64,000 nucleotides of DNA from a virus (lineage: Duplodnaviria; Caudoviricetes): IMG/VR virus record IMGVR_UViG_3300027759_000005, positions 1,843-65,842 of that record, one strand, 5' to 3'. Made by a program: the position numbers and the translations under genes. This document shows, in pieces, positions 1-9,401 of the stretch. Under the pieces are notes generated by a model. The model did not search any database, was not told the DNA's origin, and saw only the letters and a list, made by a program, of their open reading frames with translations. Position 1 is the stretch's first letter; each line of letters starts with the position of its first letter.

Positions 1-12
1 AAATAAATTAGT

Positions 13-201
13 ATGTATTGTAAGTGTGGAAATAAATTACATCAAGTACGAATAGACTTAGGTTATAAGTCTTGCGTTAATTGTTCTACTATAAAAACTT
101 ATAGTTATGTGCCTATTATAGAGCATAAGACAGGTAATACAATTCAAATTGTTAGTCAAGAGTTAAGTGCAGTTGTTCATAAGTCATGGAGACGTAAATA
201 A
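13..201 (+). CDS. small Zn-finger-like phage protein
   Basis: CxC...CxxC cysteine pattern; 62 aa ORF. Confidence 0.6.
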   Translation: MYCKCGNKLHQVRIDLGYKSCVNCSTIKTYSYVPIIEHKTGNTIQIVSQELSAVVHKSWRRK

Positions 202-209
202 ATATAGAT

Positions 210-314
210 ATGGAAAGTGATTGTTGTGGTGCTTCTGAATGGTTAGAAGATACCGGTATTTGTGGTGCATGTGGTGAACATGCTGATTTTAATGAAGTTG
301 AAGATGAAGCGTAA
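210..314 (+). CDS. small Cys-rich peptide (MESDCCGA...CGACGEH, 34 aa), not in the ORF track
   Basis: Translated by eye; SxCCGA...CxxC pattern typical of small phage Zn-binding peptides. Confidence 0.6.
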   Translation: MESDCCGASEWLEDTGICGACGEHADFNEVEDEA

Positions 315-343
315 GACGCTTGCTATACACGCTTTGCGTGTGG

Positions 344-404
344 TATTAGATCTGGTGATGTACATTTGCATAGTGTGTACGAGAGTTCGATTCTCTTACT
401 AATA
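344..404 (+). ncRNA. tRNA-like structured element (degenerate)
   Basis: TATTAG/CTAATA acceptor-like stem, GTACA/TGTAC arm, GAGAG-TTCGATT-CTCTT T-arm; no proper D-arm or CCA. Confidence 0.35.
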
Positions 405-434
405 ACTAATATTAACCCTTTAATCCCTTTAAAA

Positions 435-1472
435 ATGGCAGCAGCTAGAAAAACAAAAGAAGTGGCGGCAGAAGCTACTGGAGTGGCCAGAGACTTCGTG
501 TTTATGGACAAGTCAATTAACATCTTAGACATTGGCTTAAAAACTGGTAAAAACATTGTACTTTATGGTCCTGGTGGTCATGGTAAATCAGAACTTACTA
601 TGGCTTATCTCGCAGAAAAAGGTATAGATCCTTATGTTATTACTATGGGTACAGGTATGACAACTGACAGATTGTTTGGCGGTTTAGATATACCTACATT
701 CGAAAAAACAGGTAAAATCGAGTATTTAGTTGAAAATTCTTTTATGAATAACGATTATGTTATTTTCGAAGAATTATTCGATGCTCCTGATTTTATTCTT
801 GAGCAATTAAAAGATATTTTATCTTCTAAAGTCTTCAGAAATGGTACGCAAGTATTCCCTATAAAAACTAAATTCATTATCTGTTGTACAAATAGAACTC
901 GTGAAGAATTTTCTAAAAACATGTCATTAAAAGCATTGATGGAACGTTTTCCACTTGAGTTAAATGTTGTATGGGATAATTATACTGAAGCTAGTTACAA
1001 TAAATTGTTAGAAACAAAATTTGGTCAAGGTAATGTAGATCCTATTATTCCGTTCTTACTTCAAGAATATCATAGAGGTGGCGTTACAATTTCACCAAGG
1101 GTTGCAGTAACTGCTTATACAGTATACGAAGAATGTGGTCCAGAATCTTTAAGTTTTATTGCAGAATTTGCAAAAAAACCTACATTAATCGCTGAAACCC
1201 TTAAAAAATACCAAAGTACTTTAAAATTCAGAAAATTATCTACTGATTTAGATATTGTTGTTAGTGAATTACAATCTAATAATTTAATAACATCTGAAGA
1301 ACGAGACGCATTTACTGCTGGTATTGGCAAACTTGCTAATGTTATTAGAGATATCAAAGGTTTAACCGTTACTGATGATCTTGCTACGACTCACGCTAAT
1401 TTAATTAAAAGCGCTACAGAATTATATACTACACTAAGCAAAAAGCAAGTAGTTTCTTCAATCATGGAATAA
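435..1472 (+). CDS. MoxR/RavA-type AAA+ ATPase (likely start ATG 435, MAAARK)
   Basis: Walker A GPGGHGKS, Walker B IFEE, CCTN sensor, ALMERF Arg finger; vWA gene directly downstream. Confidence 0.8.
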   Translation: MAAARKTKEVAAEATGVARDFVFMDKSINILDIGLKTGKNIVLYGPGGHGKSELTMAYLAEKGIDPYVITMGTGMTTDRLFGGLDIPTFEKTGKIEYLVENSFMNNDYVIFEELFDAPDFILEQLKDILSSKVFRNGTQVFPIKTKFIICCTNRTREEFSKNMSLKALMERFPLELNVVWDNYTEASYNKLLETKFGQGNVDPIIPFLLQEYHRGGVTISPRVAVTAYTVYEECGPESLSFIAEFAKKPTLIAETLKKYQSTLKFRKLSTDLDIVVSELQSNNLITSEERDAFTAGIGKLANVIRDIKGLTVTDDLATTHANLIKSATELYTTLSKKQVVSSIME

Positions 1473-1487
1473 TTATAAAAAAAAATT

Positions 1488-2906
1488 ATGAGCAGATATA
1501 GTAGTTCTTATTGGGGTGATGAAGATGATGATTATGGTTATGGTTATGGTTATGGCCACAATTATTATTCTAATAAAAATAAAGGTTGTACAAAATATAA
1601 TTCTTATTCTTGGAAACCTAGTAAATGGTCAAGTTATTCTTGGCTTGGTGGCGTAGATGAAGATGATGATTCTGATTTATTTGTTAAAGATCCAGTAACT
1701 TATTTAACTCCTACTAAAGCAGATATTAAGAAAAAGACTAGAGCAATATCAGATAAATCTATTGACACTATAAAAGAATTAGCTCGCGTTTGTTATTACA
1801 AAATGATAGACGAGAAAGATTATATTAGTGAAAAGTTTTCTGATTTTGAATCTTTATCAGATCAAGATCAAGTTGACTATGGTTCTAAAAAAGAATTGTA
1901 CGACAGTATATTTGATACTTATATTCCAGGTAATACTCCTCTTGAACAAGCAATAGCGATATACAAAAAAATAAGTAATGATAAAGAATATGCTGAATCA
2001 AGTGATGAAGAAAACTTAGATTTAAAATCAACTCTTAGTTTTGATAGACAAGTATATGCTAATCCAGAGATTAATAATCAATTGGAATTCAATGAGTTAA
2101 GTAAAGATAGAAAAATGGATATTCTAGATAGAGTATCTATTGTTGGTGATTTTGGCGAACAATTCAAAGTTGAAAAAGAAATTGATGAAAAAATAGTTTC
2201 TAATTCAGATCAGTATGCTAAAAAAATAATGAGAGATTATGCTCAGTTTAGCAATATAGAGTTGTATCAAAAAATGTTTCCAAACTTTGCTACTAAATTC
2301 TTAACAAAAGATTTAACTGTCAATGTTCCTGTAGATAAAAAAGAACAAAAACAGAAAATCATTATTTTACTTGATTACTCTGGTAGTATGGATGATTACG
2401 AGAAACAAATATGGGTTAATGCTATTTTAATTGACCGTTTAAGATACGTAATGCAAGGCGAAGCCGAAGTGTTCTTCAGTTATTTTGTCTATGACAAAGG
2501 TGATTTAAAATTCCATCATCTAAAAAATAGAGAGGATGTTATGGATTTTTGGACATGGTTTTCTAACGATCCAAATGGTGGTTGTACTGATATTGGTGGC
2601 ATAGTTAAATATGTTGCAAAGTGTGTTAAAAGTGGTAATCTTCATAATCTTGATATTGACTTATCTAAAGAATTACCTGAAATACTTATTATTAATGATG
2701 GTCAAGATAGTGTAGACTCTAAAGCTTTTCCTTATAAAGTTAATGCAATATCTTTAATGCAATTCAGTGATGAGTTAAAAGACTTATGTGTTGCTACTGG
2801 TGGTAAACAAATACAGGTTTCAATTGACGACTCTGTTGTTAGTTATTCAGGTGAAGGTAAAACTGTAGTTAACGATGGAAAAAATACTAAGAAAATACAA
2901 CGTTAA
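1488..2906 (+). CDS. vWA (MIDAS) domain protein, partner of the AAA ATPase
   Basis: LLDYSGSM MIDAS motif, GGCTD, IINDG; low-complexity Y/G/S N-terminus. Confidence 0.8.
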   Translation: MSRYSSSYWGDEDDDYGYGYGYGHNYYSNKNKGCTKYNSYSWKPSKWSSYSWLGGVDEDDDSDLFVKDPVTYLTPTKADIKKKTRAISDKSIDTIKELARVCYYKMIDEKDYISEKFSDFESLSDQDQVDYGSKKELYDSIFDTYIPGNTPLEQAIAIYKKISNDKEYAESSDEENLDLKSTLSFDRQVYANPEINNQLEFNELSKDRKMDILDRVSIVGDFGEQFKVEKEIDEKIVSNSDQYAKKIMRDYAQFSNIELYQKMFPNFATKFLTKDLTVNVPVDKKEQKQKIIILLDYSGSMDDYEKQIWVNAILIDRLRYVMQGEAEVFFSYFVYDKGDLKFHHLKNREDVMDFWTWFSNDPNGGCTDIGGIVKYVAKCVKSGNLHNLDIDLSKELPEILIINDGQDSVDSKAFPYKVNAISLMQFSDELKDLCVATGGKQIQVSIDDSVVSYSGEGKTVVNDGKNTKKIQR

Positions 2907-2912
2907 GATTTT

Positions 2913-2944
2913 AAAGGGCCCACTGTGAAAGGTGGGTCTTTTAT
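2913..2944 (+). terminator. probable intrinsic terminator
   Basis: GGCCCAC...GTGGGTC stem followed by T-run, directly after the vWA stop. Confidence 0.55.
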
Positions 2945-3173
2945 ATTTAAACTTATGAGAGACAGATATATACAAATGAGGAATAATAGAGTTGTAGATA
3001 TACAGTTAATCTATGAATACGCTGTTAGTAAAGGTTTTAGTTTAGACTTTCAATCATTTCATTTAGGTGCTCAATACTTACTTCTTCAAAACGTACTTGA
3101 TCAATTAGATGTAGAATTTGAACTAACATTACTATGTGACGTTAATGGTAACTTTATTAAAATAATAACTTAA
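2925..3173 (+). CDS. hypothetical protein (true start probably a downstream ATG)
   Basis: ORF track; packed in the + strand operon. Confidence 0.55.
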   Translation: MKGGSFIFKLMRDRYIQMRNNRVVDIQLIYEYAVSKGFSLDFQSFHLGAQYLLLQNVLDQLDVEFELTLLCDVNGNFIKIIT

Positions 3174-3184
3174 AAAAAAATATT

Positions 3185-3556
3185 ATGGGGTTAGACATGT
3201 ATTTACACCGTAAAGGTAAAGGTAAAGGTAAAAATAAAGAATATAAGGAAATTGGTTATTGGCGCAAAGCAAATGCTATACACGGGTGGATAGTCAAAAA
3301 TGTGCAAGGTGGTGTAGACGATTGCGGTCAATATGAATTTCCAGTAGAAAAAATGGTTGAACTATATTTTTTATGTAAAAGAGTTCTAAAAAACAAAAGA
3401 GAAGATTATTTAGAATTACCAACAACGCAAGGTTGTTTTTTTGGTAGTTATGAGTATGACATTTATTATTTAGAGTATGTTAATTATACTACTAAAGTAT
3501 TGAAAAAAGCATTAAAAAACCCTAAATACAAGTACATATATGGATCAAGTTGGTAA
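3185..3556 (+). CDS. conserved phage protein (MGLDMYL...YWRKANAIHGW family)
   Basis: Recognisable motif pattern widespread in phages; function unknown. Confidence 0.7.
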   Translation: MGLDMYLHRKGKGKGKNKEYKEIGYWRKANAIHGWIVKNVQGGVDDCGQYEFPVEKMVELYFLCKRVLKNKREDYLELPTTQGCFFGSYEYDIYYLEYVNYTTKVLKKALKNPKYKYIYGSSW

Positions 3557-3872
3557 TGATTTCAAAGAACAAGATTATATAGGTAAAGAATTTATTGGAC
3601 AAAAATTTGTAGATAGTAAAAGAATTTTATCTTATGATAACTCTTATATAAACTATATAGGTGAAGTAGGAATTATAGAAGGTTTTCACACAAGTCATTA
3701 TCCTAGTTATGTAAGAGTTAAATTTAAACAAGGTGTAATACATTTTCCATTAGAAGCAATACAAGATCAGTTTAAAGCAAATCTTGAAAAAGAAACTCCA
3801 GAATATCTTCAAAAACTATATATAGATGTATTTAAAATAACTAGAAAAATATGTATCAAGAAAAAGAGGTAA
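3540..3872 (+). CDS. hypothetical protein
   Basis: ORF overlapping both neighbours. Confidence 0.6.
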   Translation: MDQVGNDFKEQDYIGKEFIGQKFVDSKRILSYDNSYINYIGEVGIIEGFHTSHYPSYVRVKFKQGVIHFPLEAIQDQFKANLEKETPEYLQKLYIDVFKITRKICIKKKR

Positions 3873-4066
3873 AAGAATTAGCTTCAGACAAAGCATTTAG
3901 TAAGCTAATGTCATTAGATTTTCAAATAAAATCTTTACAACAAGACATTGAAAATAACCGTACAGGTGGTGTAACTCTTGAAGAACTAATAGGTGTATTA
4001 GATCACGAAGAAAGAGATAGAGAAGTTTGGAATTATATATTTACTTTAATAGAAAAAAATGGTTAA
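3851..4066 (+). CDS. hypothetical protein
   Basis: ORF track; coupled to upstream gene. Confidence 0.6.
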   Translation: MYQEKEVKELASDKAFSKLMSLDFQIKSLQQDIENNRTGGVTLEELIGVLDHEERDREVWNYIFTLIEKNG

Positions 4067-4168
4067 AAGTGGGTTTAATAGTAGTTAAGATTTTTTATTT
4101 TAGCTTTATAATTATTAGTATTATAAATACTTTTATAGTAATATATAAATTAATTAAAAAGAAATAAG

Positions 4169-4528
4169 ATGCCAGATATTTCAATGTGTAGAAATTTTAC
4201 CTGTCCTTCAAATAAGTATTGTTACAGGTTTACAGCAACTCCTAATGAATTTAGACAGTCTTATGCAGATTTTGCTCCTGAAGATGATGAAGTTAATTGT
4301 AATCATTTTTGGTCTAATGGTAAGGATTCTAAAAAATGTAAAAGAAAAGGTGTTAAACGTGAAGGTGAGATATGTAACTTAGATTATTGCACTTATCCAG
4401 AATGCATACAAGATTCTTATTGTCCAAAATGTCATAAAACAAACGGAGTACATAAGATGGGGTGTGAGACTAAAAAAATAATAATTAATATCATGGAAAA
4501 TGATGAAAAATTAGGATTATATGACTAA
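4169..4528 (+). CDS. Cys-rich phage protein (MPDISMC...CP...CYRF family)
   Basis: Multiple Cys clusters; N-terminal motif common in phage small proteins. Confidence 0.65.
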   Translation: MPDISMCRNFTCPSNKYCYRFTATPNEFRQSYADFAPEDDEVNCNHFWSNGKDSKKCKRKGVKREGEICNLDYCTYPECIQDSYCPKCHKTNGVHKMGCETKKIIINIMENDEKLGLYD

Positions 4529-4784
4529 AGAAGGAACTTTACAAACTTTGCCTAAATGGTTTGATGGTGAAGTTTACGAAATGGGTGGAGAAGTAACAAA
4601 TCCGTATACTGGATGTAGTTGTTGGCTTTCTCCTAAAGAACTAAGTATGTATGACTTTATTAAAGGCGCAGAAATGCTTTTAGAAGGTGGAACAAGGAGT
4701 GAATACCTCATTAATGCTTTTTATGAGGGTCTATGGTGGTTTAAAGATAATAATATAGAAGCGTATATGATATTATTAGATTAG
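4521..4784 (+). CDS. hypothetical protein
   Basis: ORF overlapping upstream stop. Confidence 0.65.
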   Translation: MTKEGTLQTLPKWFDGEVYEMGGEVTNPYTGCSCWLSPKELSMYDFIKGAEMLLEGGTRSEYLINAFYEGLWWFKDNNIEAYMILLD

Positions 4785-4947
4785 TTTATGTATAAAAACT
4801 TTTTTGCTAAATTAAAGTATATTTTATACTGTATTATAGTTATATTTTTAAGTTTATTATTAAAAATGTGGGAACTAAAAAGATTGTAGTATTTGTGTAT
4901 AAACTAGAACATAAGGCGAATATTACTAATAATATAAGTAATTGCCA

Positions 4948-4981
4948 CACGGACTTAATGGTTTATACAATAGATAATATT
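4948..4981 (+). promoter_or_regulatory. phage early-type promoter, copy 6 (CACGGACTTA-N13-TAGATAATATT)
   Basis: Same two boxes and 13-nt spacer as the five copies at 61.8-63.7 kb; 22 nt upstream of ATG 5004. Confidence 0.7.
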
Positions 4982-5003
4982 TAAAATAAATAATGGTAAA
5001 TAT

Positions 5004-5282
5004 ATGACTAAAAAAGAAATGGAACAACTTGCTGACATGGTAGTCAGTAAATTAGTAGAAAAACAAAAAGAATTAGATAAAGAATTTATACAAGACCTAG
5101 AAGCAAGTAATGTACCAATAGAGATACATAAGAAACCAGAAGAAAAGGAAAGGATAATATTAGAAATAACTAGATTAATAGTTATGCTCGATGCCCTTGA
5201 AAAAGCTGAAGAATACGAAAAAGCATCTGTTGTATCAAATAGAATATCTGACCTTAGAATTTTACTTGCTAACTTAGAATGA
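5004..5282 (+). CDS. hypothetical protein with UVR-like C-terminal motif (EEYEKA..V.NRI)
   Basis: ORF track; coiled-coil character. Confidence 0.6.
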   Translation: MTKKEMEQLADMVVSKLVEKQKELDKEFIQDLEASNVPIEIHKKPEEKERIILEITRLIVMLDALEKAEEYEKASVVSNRISDLRILLANLE

Positions 5283-5298
5283 AAATAGCCGTATAAAC

Positions 5299-5406
5299 AT
5301 GGGATTAAATAAAGAATTATTTAATGAAATTCAGAATGAAATAGAAAATGAAAATTCTGAAAAAGAACAAATGGAATATTACATAAATAATTATTTGGAA
5401 CTATGA
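5299..5406 (+). CDS. small acidic peptide (35 aa), not in the ORF track
   Basis: MGLNKELFNEIQNEIENE... translated by eye; fills the intergenic gap. Confidence 0.45.
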   Translation: MGLNKELFNEIQNEIENENSEKEQMEYYINNYLEL

Positions 5407-5446
5407 CAATAGGGTCTATAATAAAATAATAACAGGCTAATGTCAC
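5404..5446. promoter_or_regulatory. inverted-repeat site TGACAATAG-N24-CTAATGTCAC overlapping the HTH gene start
   Basis: Near-identical arms recur at 63382-63426. Confidence 0.55.
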
Positions 5447-6057
5447 ATAATAGAAATTTAAAGTATTTAACTGATAGACGCATTATATATAGGCGTTTCC
5501 CAATAAATGATAAACCTACTCATAGTTTTGAATGGGGTGATTATTATGAGAACGGTACATATGAGTGTTATGAGTTGTTTAGAAGTAAAGCAAAGATAAA
5601 TACTTATAAAAGTCTTAAGTGGCATTTCCTTGTTGTTTGGTATCTTAATCCAGATTTAAGTCAAGACAAATTAGAAAACTTATGTAGATTTATATGTGAC
5701 AGAAATAATGAGTTTGTTACATTTAATATTTCAGAACAACTTTTAAAAACTATTATATATGAAGTTAGCATGCACGATTTAGAAACTCCTCCTAAGAATA
5801 AACTACGTAAGATAATATTTAAAGATACTTGTCAGTTAACAACTGAAGAAAAACTAAAAATAGTTGGGCAAATTATCGGGCGTAAAAAACTTTCTGAGTC
5901 GGAGATCTACGACGCTATGCTATACACTCACGATGATGGTGATAAAATCACTGTTGAGAAACTAGCGAAATATCTTGATTGTTCTGTAAGAACAGTTTAC
6001 AGAAATATGGGTGAAGAACTTAAAAAAGAAAAAGAATTACTAAATCAAGAATTATGA
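5440..6057 (+). CDS. DNA-binding protein with C-terminal HTH (possible regulator or replication initiator)
   Basis: ITVEKLAKYLDCSVRTVYRNM is a classic HTH. Confidence 0.65.
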   Translation: MSHNRNLKYLTDRRIIYRRFPINDKPTHSFEWGDYYENGTYECYELFRSKAKINTYKSLKWHFLVVWYLNPDLSQDKLENLCRFICDRNNEFVTFNISEQLLKTIIYEVSMHDLETPPKNKLRKIIFKDTCQLTTEEKLKIVGQIIGRKKLSESEIYDAMLYTHDDGDKITVEKLAKYLDCSVRTVYRNMGEELKKEKELLNQEL

Positions 6058-6224
6058 CACCAAAAGAAAAAGCAAAAGAACTAATGTTAAAGTATTATAA
6101 GTTAATACCAATGGCTACTATTAGTTTTGCAAAACAATGCGCTATAGTAGCTATTGATGAATTAATAACTGAAACAGGTAGTAAATATTGGTATGATGTT
6201 AAACACGAAATGGATAACCTATGA
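6054..6224 (+). CDS. small phage protein (MTPKEKAKEL family, 56 aa), not in the ORF track
   Basis: ATGA overlaps at both ends (6054-6057 and 6221-6224); translated by eye. Confidence 0.7.
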   Translation: MTPKEKAKELMLKYYKLIPMATISFAKQCAIVAIDELITETGSKYWYDVKHEMDNL

Positions 6225-6661
6225 ATATATTTTATTTGGATAGAGATCCTGCTATAGCAGCTAAACAACACTACAATAAACATGTAATAAAAATGGTATT
6301 AGAAGCAGCTCAATTATTAAGTACCGCTCATCACATTGAAGGTAATCCCGAAGATGTTCCATACAAAAAGACGCATGTCAACCATCCTTCAGCAGTTTGG
6401 GTTAGATCATCAATACCTAATTATTTATGGTGTTATAATTATATGCTTGAACTTGGTAAAGAATATACACGGCGTTACGGCAGAGATCATTTGACAATAT
6501 CTAAGTGTAAATTAGTTTTAGCCAAAGTACCAAATAATATAACCAATACGGAATTTACAGATCCACCTCAATGTATGCCTGATGAATACAAAGATAAAGA
6601 CGCTGTTAAAGGTTATTGGAATTATTACATTAAAGGAAAATCACACTTAAAAGATAAATAA
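6221..6661 (+). CDS. pyrimidine-dimer DNA glycosylase-like (DenV/endonuclease V family)
   Basis: MNIFYLD...KHVIKMVLEAAQLLS...HPS..W...EY..RY motif set. Confidence 0.75.
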   Translation: MNIFYLDRDPAIAAKQHYNKHVIKMVLEAAQLLSTAHHIEGNPEDVPYKKTHVNHPSAVWVRSSIPNYLWCYNYMLELGKEYTRRYGRDHLTISKCKLVLAKVPNNITNTEFTDPPQCMPDEYKDKDAVKGYWNYYIKGKSHLKDK

Positions 6662-7443
6662 TGAAAAAATATAATTTAGAAAACTACGTCAAATATAAAG
6701 AAGACGTTAAAAAAGTTATATCTAGAACAGAAGATAAAAAACTTAGTGAACTAACACGAGATGAATTAATAGTTAGATTTTTGCCTTTAGTTGAGAATAT
6801 ATCTAGAAAATTTTCAACAGCAGATCAAGCATCTGGTATTATGGATATAACTGATATAATTCAAGAAGGTAGTATAGGTTTAATATTTGCTATTGATAAA
6901 ATAGAGTGGGACAAAATAAATGAATCTAACGATCAAGAACAAACATTGAAATCGTTTCTATCAAAAAGAATAAAAGGTTCAATTAGACGCGCGATAGATA
7001 TAAACAGAGGGTCTATACGTATTCCAGAGCATAAATTAAATGAAATAAGGAAAGATAGTGATACTGATCATAGATTATTAGCTTTATTCTTTAGTAGTAT
7101 GATCGATAGTTTAGATGAACAGTTTAACTCTGAGTATTCAGAAAACGAAGATCATAGTGAATCACACTACACTCAACTAGAAGATAAATCTGAAGAATAC
7201 AATATAGATATTTTAAATGCTTTTATATTAAGTTTATTTAGAAAACATTTAACTCATACTGAATCTGAAGTGTTAAGATTAAGTTATGGTTTAGACTGTG
7301 ATAAACATTCTGCTAATGCTATTGCTGAGGTTTTAGGTTTTAAAGGACCTAGTGCTTATGTAAGAGTTTCAGAATTAAAAAAGTTCGCGATAACTAAATT
7401 AATGTCTAAAGTAAATTATAAGCAACTACTTGAATATGTGTAA
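6661..7443 (+). CDS. phage-encoded sigma70-family RNA polymerase sigma factor
   Basis: Region 2 DIIQEGSIGLIFAIDK, RIKGSIRRAI, IRIPEH; region 4 VLRLSYGL...IAEVLG. Confidence 0.8.
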   Translation: MKKYNLENYVKYKEDVKKVISRTEDKKLSELTRDELIVRFLPLVENISRKFSTADQASGIMDITDIIQEGSIGLIFAIDKIEWDKINESNDQEQTLKSFLSKRIKGSIRRAIDINRGSIRIPEHKLNEIRKDSDTDHRLLALFFSSMIDSLDEQFNSEYSENEDHSESHYTQLEDKSEEYNIDILNAFILSLFRKHLTHTESEVLRLSYGLDCDKHSANAIAEVLGFKGPSAYVRVSELKKFAITKLMSKVNYKQLLEYV

Positions 7444-7534
7444 GTTAAATAAAATAAATATATAAAAAATGTCTAAATAATGTCTAAAATATGTAATTAT
7501 AATAATATAAACTTAAACCAATTAAATCAAATAT

Positions 7535-8095
7535 ATGGCAACAAAGACGATGACTTTATCTGAAAAATTATCTAGAATTCAAATAGAATTCAAAGCTAAT
7601 AAAAGCAGATATAATTCTTTTGGTAAGTATAACTTTAGATCAGCTGAAGATATACTTGAAGGATTAAAACCCTTTAATGAAAAATACGGTGTATTCTTTA
7701 CTGTTACTGAAGACTACATTTATTCACATGAGTTACCTGTTATAATTAGTAAAGCAGCTATTCATGATGTAGACACTGATCAAGTTGTAGAAGTAAAAGC
7801 AATTGTTGGTGTAGACTTACAACAGAAAGGTATGCAAACGCCTCAAGCTTTTGGTTCTGCTTCTTCTTATGGTAAGAAATATGCTCTTGGTAATTTATTA
7901 CTTATTGATGATACACAAGATGCCGACGCTTCAAATACGCATGGTAAAACTGAAGTAGCAAAAACAAAGTTAGATATTAAAGACGTTGCTTTTGAGAAAG
8001 CTAAGACGTTTGTAGAAACAGGTGGATCTATAAATACTATAAAAAATAAATACGAGTTAACTAAAGAAGCTGAAGCAATTTTATCAAAACTATAA
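7535..8095 (+). CDS. ERF-family ssDNA annealing protein
   Basis: KYNFRSAEDILE, Q.FGSASSYGKKYALGNLLLIDDT.DAD. Confidence 0.85.
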   Translation: MATKTMTLSEKLSRIQIEFKANKSRYNSFGKYNFRSAEDILEGLKPFNEKYGVFFTVTEDYIYSHELPVIISKAAIHDVDTDQVVEVKAIVGVDLQQKGMQTPQAFGSASSYGKKYALGNLLLIDDTQDADASNTHGKTEVAKTKLDIKDVAFEKAKTFVETGGSINTIKNKYELTKEAEAILSKL

Positions 8096-8096
8096 T

Positions 8097-8828
8097 ATGA
8101 AGAAAGAATTAATATTAGATAGACTAAAAAATGATGAAGATTATTATGGCGAATTTGGTAAACAGTTCTTAAGCAATTCAAACATTGCTACATTGTTAAC
8201 TAATCCTTTAGCTTTAAACGATCCGCAACAACCTAATATAAACTTTTTAGTTGGTGGTTACTTTCACACAGCTATATTAGAGCCAGATAAATTAAAAAAA
8301 TACAGAATTGTGCAATCATCTACGAGGAATACAAATGTTTATAAGGAAATGTCTGGTGGAGAAATGTGTCTATTACAACATGAAGTTGATCAATTAGAAG
8401 TAATGATAGACAAGATTCTAGCTAATGAAGTTTGTAGAGGTTTAATAAGAGGTGACAATGTAGATTACGAAGTTCCTGGTATTGCTGAAATAAACGGAGT
8501 TATGTGGAAAGGAAAAGCTGATATACTTAATCATTCAGAAAAACTGATAATAGATTTAAAGACAACATCTAATATATTAGATTTTAAATACTCTGCTAGA
8601 AAATATAATTACGATAGTCAAGCTTATATATATAAACATCTATTTGGCTACGATTTAGTTTTTATTGCAATAGATAAAAATACTAACCAAATAGGTATAT
8701 TTGACTGTTCAGAAGAATTTTTAGCAAAAGGTAAAGAGAAAGTAGAAAAAGCTGTAGAAGCTTATAATTTATTTTATAATAATCCAGACTTTGTACCTGA
8801 AAACTATTTTATCAATTTAACACTTTAA
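8097..8828 (+). CDS. PD-(D/E)XK exonuclease (RecE/Exo VIII-like)
   Basis: G.YFH.AILEP, KGKADIL, IIDLKTT, Y..QAYIY; adjacent to ERF. Confidence 0.8.
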   Translation: MKKELILDRLKNDEDYYGEFGKQFLSNSNIATLLTNPLALNDPQQPNINFLVGGYFHTAILEPDKLKKYRIVQSSTRNTNVYKEMSGGEMCLLQHEVDQLEVMIDKILANEVCRGLIRGDNVDYEVPGIAEINGVMWKGKADILNHSEKLIIDLKTTSNILDFKYSARKYNYDSQAYIYKHLFGYDLVFIAIDKNTNQIGIFDCSEEFLAKGKEKVEKAVEAYNLFYNNPDFVPENYFINLTL

Positions 8829-8834
8829 TTATTT

Positions 8835-8972
8835 ATGGCGAGACCAAAAAAAGTAAGATTACCTGAAACACAGGTATTGATAGAAGATTTAAAGACTATT
8901 AAAAACGTCAAGCAACAACTAAGTACTTACGAAAAACTAAAACAATTTTTTAAACAATTTAATTTATTCTAA
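8835..8972 (+). CDS. small basic protein (MARPKK..., 45 aa), not in the ORF track
   Basis: Translated by eye; fills the gap between exonuclease and SSB. Confidence 0.5.
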   Translation: MARPKKVRLPETQVLIEDLKTIKNVKQQLSTYEKLKQFFKQFNLF

Positions 8973-8973
8973 C

Positions 8974-9285
8974 ATGGCTTCAATCTTAAACGCGAGTATT
9001 AATCTTAATGAAATTCCAAAAAACAAAATTATAGATGGTAAAAAAGGTAAATATCTACCTATTACCATAACTATAAATGATGATGCTGATAATTTTGGAA
9101 ATCAAGGTCCTATAACAGTAGGACAAAGTAAAGAAGAAAGAGAATCTAAAGCACCAAAAGTTTACCTTGGAAATATTAAAGTGGTATGGACAAATGGTGA
9201 GAATGTTGGCGCGGCACCCAAAACTGATGGACAATCTGCTCCAGCAAAACGAGCGCCTGCTCCTGTAGATGATCTTCCATTCTAA
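8974..9285 (+). CDS. single-stranded DNA-binding protein
   Basis: Acidic C-terminal DDLPF tail; position in the replication module. Confidence 0.75.
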   Translation: MASILNASINLNEIPKNKIIDGKKGKYLPITITINDDADNFGNQGPITVGQSKEERESKAPKVYLGNIKVVWTNGENVGAAPKTDGQSAPAKRAPAPVDDLPF

Positions 9286-9345
9286 ATATAACGTACTTAT
9301 AGAACTTCCCGTAAGATCAGTCTTTAAGTCTTTTCTTAGTTAGTT

Positions 9346-9368
9346 AAACCCCATTAATTGGGGTTTTT
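9346..9368 (+). terminator. intrinsic terminator
   Basis: AAACCCCA-TTAAT-TGGGGTTT followed by T-run. Confidence 0.6.
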
Positions 9369-9401
9369 CTATCTATAATTAGTAATAATTAAATTAATTA
9401 A

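Noticed and set aside
344-404. Functional tRNA-Cys(GCA)
   Set aside because: No D-arm or variable loop, 6-bp acceptor stem, atypical anticodon loop and no CCA; kept only as tRNA-like.
7468-7489. AATGTCTAAA tandem repeat as iterons
   Set aside because: Only two adjacent copies in very AT-rich DNA; insufficient support.
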